Source: Gammaproteobacteria bacterium (lineage in GTDB: Bacteria > Pseudomonadota > Gammaproteobacteria > Steroidobacterales > Rariloculaceae). From it: a DNA stretch of 64,000 nt. Shown one piece after another: positions 60,654-64,000 of the stretch. Every line of letters starts with the position of its first letter. Positions within the stretch are counted from its first letter, which is position 1. A program made the position numbers and the translations under genes. The stretch is taken from contig DASWKF010000094.1 in assembly GCA_036396795.1 (NCBI GenBank), forward strand, positions 33,061 through 97,060, written 5' to 3'. The notes beneath the pieces were generated by a model. The model made no database searches. It was given only the letters and a program-made list of their open reading frames with translations, and was not told the DNA's origin.

Positions 60654-60664
60654 CGCGGGCCCGC

Positions 60665-61744
60665 TCAGCGCGAAAACGCGACCTCGGTCGCAGCCAGGAT
60701 CGCGGTCCACTGCTCGCGGATGCTCGAGGACAGCGCCAGCTGCGCGGCGGCGCGCGCGAGGTTGTGCTCGCTCGCCGAGCCGTAGCGCGCCTCGTTCCAG
60801 GCGAAGTAGCGCTCGTTGAGCGCATCGGCGCAGAAGCGCGCCGCGAGCTCGACCGCGATCGTGAGCAGGCCCGCCGGGATCGCGCGCCATTCGGGCTCGG
60901 CGATGAACGCGCGCGCGGGCGCGGCATAGCCTGCGAGCGCGGCGCGATAGACGTCGAGGTCCAGGCGCGCCTGCGGCGCATCCTCGCCCTCGAGGTTGCA
61001 CCAGGAGCGCAGCGCATCGCCGAGCTCGAGCTGAACCGGCATACGCGCGAGCGTGTCGAGATCGACCAGGCACACGGCCTTGCCGCTTTGCGCATCGAAA
61101 ATCACGTTGGAGATCTTCGGATCGCCGTGGACGATGCGGTCTTTGGTCTGCGGCAGCGCCGGCACGGCCGCCGCGAGCTTCAGTATCTCGCCGGCGACGG
61201 CGCGCACGGCCTCGTAGTCGGCGTGCGCCTCATGCTCGACGAGCGTCCGCTCGAGATACTCAAGATGCTTGGCCGTGTCGTGCACGCCGAGGCGCGCGTT
61301 GGCGAAGGCGTGCTCGAGATCGGCGAGCGCGGCGTGGAAGCGGCCGAGCAGCCTGCCGGCCTCGCGCGCCTGCGCGGCGCCTTGCAGCCGCTCGTAGGTC
61401 ACGCCCGGGACATAGCTCAAGGTCCGCCAGACGGCGCCTTCGATCCGCTGCCAGCGCTCGCCTTGCGGCAGCGGCAGCAGCCGCGGCGTTACGAGCCCCT
61501 TGGCCTCGAGATGCCGGGTGACCACGTCGATGTCGTCGTTGATGCCGGGCGGGAAGATCGCGTTCACGCGCTGCAGCACGCGCCGCTCGCCGCCCGGCAA
61601 AGTCGCGAGCCAGCTCGAGTTGATCCAACCGGAGTCGAAGCGCTCGAGCGTCGCCCCGGCTAGGCCCAAGGCGGCGAGGGTGGCCGGCGGCGGCGGAGAT
61701 CGATCGCCCATGGGGTCGGCATCATACCTTCCCCGCGAGCTCAA
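60665..61744 (-). CDS. Phosphotransferase enzyme family protein (APH/homoserine-kinase-II-like kinase fold)
   Basis: Catalytic loop IVHGDPKISNVIFD and downstream LVDLDT (DxD). ~350 aa. Start is TTG 61744 or ATG 61711. Confidence 0.72.
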   Translation of the reverse strand: MSSRGRYDADPMGDRSPPPPATLAALGLAGATLERFDSGWINSSWLATLPGGERRVLQRVNAIFPPGINDDIDVVTRHLEAKGLVTPRLLPLPQGERWQRIEGAVWRTLSYVPGVTYERLQGAAQAREAGRLLGRFHAALADLEHAFANARLGVHDTAKHLEYLERTLVEHEAHADYEAVRAVAGEILKLAAAVPALPQTKDRIVHGDPKISNVIFDAQSGKAVCLVDLDTLARMPVQLELGDALRSWCNLEGEDAPQARLDLDVYRAALAGYAAPARAFIAEPEWRAIPAGLLTIAVELAARFCADALNERYFAWNEARYGSASEHNLARAAAQLALSSSIREQWTAILAATEVAFSR

Positions 61745-61747
61745 GCC

Positions 61748-62464
61748 TCAACCGAACTCGGACAGGATCCTGCGCGTGCCGGTGGCGCAATCGTCCTGGG
61801 AGATCGCGTCGTCCGCGCGCAGGCGGTAGTGCTCGCGCATCTCCAGGCGCAGATAATCCGAGCGGTTCTGGATGTTCTGCGCCTGCGCCTTCTCGATCGC
61901 CTCGACGATCCGGGGCGCGATCGCGCGGCAGCGGGTGAACGCGTCCGCGGTGCCGAGCAGCGTCAGGACGCCGACGTTGCCCGAGGCCGTGTAGAAGCGG
62001 GTTTTCTCATGGCTGCGGTAGAGAAACACGAACAGCGCCACCGCGGCGCCGAGGAAGCCGGCCACGGCCGCGGGCACGAACAAGCGGTCCAGCGACGTGA
62101 GCGCGGCCAGCAGGGTGTTGAAGAGCCCGAAGGCCGCGAACGCGCCCGCCGCGTACATCGTGCGCCGCGCGATCCGGCGGCTCGATCTCGGCTTCGGATT
62201 CAGGAAACGCAGGCTCAGCATGTAGTCGGCGCCGAGCTTGTTGCGCTGCCATTTGCGCACGCGCACGAAACCCTCCTCGTAGAGCGTCAGCTGCATGCGC
62301 TTGCCGGCGATGCGGTTCAAAATCTCGAAGCGCTCGCTGACGATGCGCGGCTCGGTGAACGTGAGGCCGTCGTCGCCGCCGAGCGAGATGTGCTCGGTGG
62401 CTTGGGTTTTCTCGATCCGATGAAAATAATCCGCCGTCAGTGTCGCTGTATGGTCTAGCGGCAT
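61748..62464 (-). CDS. Hypothetical membrane protein (soluble N-domain, 2 TM, soluble C-domain)
   Basis: ATG 62464 (MPLDHTATL...). Two hydrophobic helices (MYAAGAFAAFGLFNTLLAAL, FVPAAVAGFLGAAVALFVFLY). No family recognised. Its stop is 3-36 nt from the kinase-like gene start. Confidence 0.5.
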   Translation of the reverse strand: MPLDHTATLTADYFHRIEKTQATEHISLGGDDGLTFTEPRIVSERFEILNRIAGKRMQLTLYEEGFVRVRKWQRNKLGADYMLSLRFLNPKPRSSRRIARRTMYAAGAFAAFGLFNTLLAALTSLDRLFVPAAVAGFLGAAVALFVFLYRSHEKTRFYTASGNVGVLTLLGTADAFTRCRAIAPRIVEAIEKAQAQNIQNRSDYLRLEMREHYRLRADDAISQDDCATGTRRILSEFG

Positions 62465-62624
62465 GCAGACCTCGCCGTCGTCGTCGTAGTCATTCGCCCC
62501 GTGTGTCGCTCGCAATCTACGACGTTCGCGCAGCCTTGGCTGTTAAGGGTTTCACAAACGGTCGCAGAACGGCGACAGCGAAACGAAAAAATCGCGGCGA
62601 TATGTCAAGCGATCGTGCGTGATG

Positions 62625-64000
62625 TCAAAAACCGAGCGGCACGGGCGTGCCGTTGAGCGTGAGCTCGCCGCCGGCAAAACGCGCCTGCGCGGCATAACCC
62701 GCATCGGTGCTGTCGAGCATGCCCTGCGCCACCAGGCCGGCGAGCACGACGCCGGCTTGCAGCTGCGCCATCGCTTCGAGATCGGTCTCTGGAATCGGCT
62801 CGCCGTTGGCCGCGGCGGAGCGCTGCAGCTGATACATCATGCCCTGCGTCGCGACCCAGGTCGCGAGAGGCTCGGATAGCGCGAGCGTCGCGTCGATCGA
62901 CACCAGGCTCGCGAACAGCAGCGGATTCATCACCGTGAACACCGGCCGCGGCGGCAGCCCGGGGCCGTCGACGGCGATGCGCAAGCTGGCATCCACGGGC
63001 TCGTCGTCGACGAGGAAGCGCAGCGCGCTCACGTCGATCACCGGCGAGCCTTGCAGCAGGCGGTAGACGATGTCCTCGAGCGCGAGCTGCACGGGCGCTG
63101 CGGCGTCGGCCTGAGTGCCCACGCCCTGGCTGAGCTCGACGTACTCCGTTAGCGCCTGGACCTCGAGCCCGCTCACGGCCATCGCGAGCACGATGTCCGA
63201 CACCGCGAGCGCCTCACCCGCGCTCAAGCCGTCGGCCGAATAGTCGGCGGCCAAGCTCAGGTGCTCGCCGGCCTCATCCAGCGTGACGTCGAAGCGCGCC
63301 GCGAGCCTGGTCGCCTCCGCGCCCTGCTGCTGGATCTCGTTGCGGGCCATGACCCGATCGGCCGAGCCTTGCGAAGTGCCGAGCCAGAAATGCGGGTTGA
63401 AGCGAGTGGTGTCGCTCGAGAACTCGAAGTTCTCCATCGCGAAGCTCGAGCCCGGCGTGCGCACGCTCAGCGAGCTCGGCTCGGCCGCCGAGGTCAGGTG
63501 CCGGCTCGGGCCGTCGTAGCTGCCGGCGACTCGCAAGCCGCTGTAGGTCAGGTCGAGGTCGTCGCGCGCCAGCTCGAGCGCCGGGATCGCGGCGACGTAG
63601 TCGGACACGCCGCCGAAGCTCGTGCGCGCGTTGAGCTCGAACAGCTGCTCGACGCCGAGCTCTTGTGTGAGCTCCGCGAGACCTTGCGCTTCGGGATCGA
63701 TGACGATCGTCGTCGCCATGATGCCGACGCCGGGCTCCGCACCGAGCACCACCGGGCCGTGGCGCATCGTCACCCGCAGCGGAATCGTCTCGTGCAGGCG
63801 GTCGATAGCGGCCGGGCGTTCCTCGAGATCCGCGACCGCGCCTTCGATCGCGGCGAGCTGCGACGGGCTCAAGCCGACCGCGACTCGGGCGGTGGTCGTC
63901 GTCCAGCCGCGGTCGTAGTCGACGACCTCGACGTGGAAGCGCTCGGCGCTCTCGATGCGCGCGACGTCGGCGACGAACTGCCGCTGCGTCAAGGCGCCGG
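62625..64000 (-). CDS. DUF945 (YdgA-like) family protein, 5'-truncated by window edge
   Basis: Frame open to nt 64000. The C-terminus ...ARFAGGELTLNGTPVPLGF parallels the E. coli YdgA end (LQYANGQITLNGQKMSL). An early YDRGWTTTTARV motif resembles the YdgA Y.RG.FSS motif. Confidence 0.65.
   Translation of the reverse strand, partial: GALTQRQFVADVARIESAERFHVEVVDYDRGWTTTTARVAVGLSPSQLAAIEGAVADLEERPAAIDRLHETIPLRVTMRHGPVVLGAEPGVGIMATTIVIDPEAQGLAELTQELGVEQLFELNARTSFGGVSDYVAAIPALELARDDLDLTYSGLRVAGSYDGPSRHLTSAAEPSSLSVRTPGSSFAMENFEFSSDTTRFNPHFWLGTSQGSADRVMARNEIQQQGAEATRLAARFDVTLDEAGEHLSLAADYSADGLSAGEALAVSDIVLAMAVSGLEVQALTEYVELSQGVGTQADAAAPVQLALEDIVYRLLQGSPVIDVSALRFLVDDEPVDASLRIAVDGPGLPPRPVFTVMNPLLFASLVSIDATLALSEPLATWVATQGMMYQLQRSAAANGEPIPETDLEAMAQLQAGVVLAGLVAQGMLDSTDAGYAAQARFAGGELTLNGTPVPLGF

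Overview
High-GC chromosomal segment (GC judged by eye, not computed) whose gene content and synteny look like a Gram-negative, gammaproteobacterium-like organism. Most of it is conserved housekeeping. Gene order follows.
- 1-9.7 kb: mutT, then zapD-coaE-pilDCBA-pilRS on the minus strand.
- 9.8-32.6 kb: sucCD, nadE, bamD, rluD-pgeF-clpB, aspS-nudB, mutS, pncC-thpR-recA-recX-alaS-csrA-tRNA-Ser.
- 40.4-49.3 kb: mscS-like and CNNM-like genes, a TonB-dependent receptor, cysK-cysG and cysB.
Three parts stand out.
(1) 49.3-60.6 kb, minus strand: eleven translationally coupled genes encode a complete heme pathway, hemA-hemC-hemD-hemB-hemL-[histidine kinase-response regulator]-hemE-[chlorite-dismutase-family hemQ/chdC-like]-hemH-[amine-oxidase-fold flavoprotein]. 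That is a Gram-positive-style coproporphyrin-type late branch with an embedded two-component system, in an otherwise Gram-negative context.
(2) 32.6-38.55 kb: a visibly more AT-rich accessory island downstream of tRNA-Ser(GCU). It is bounded by a ~25-nt repeat of the tRNA 3' end and has no intact integrase. It carries a methyltransferase, a wHTH-TPR regulator, DUF433 and GNAT genes and a Phd/PemK-like pair. It is followed by prlF-yhaV, a cold-shock protein and an RRM protein.
(3) 27.43-27.62 kb, upstream of recA: two hairpins with unrelated stems whose ~29-nt loops are 27/29 reverse-complementary to each other.
No CRISPR array, rRNA or intact transposase/integrase was seen. The many long ORFs antisense to real genes are treated as high-GC artefacts.
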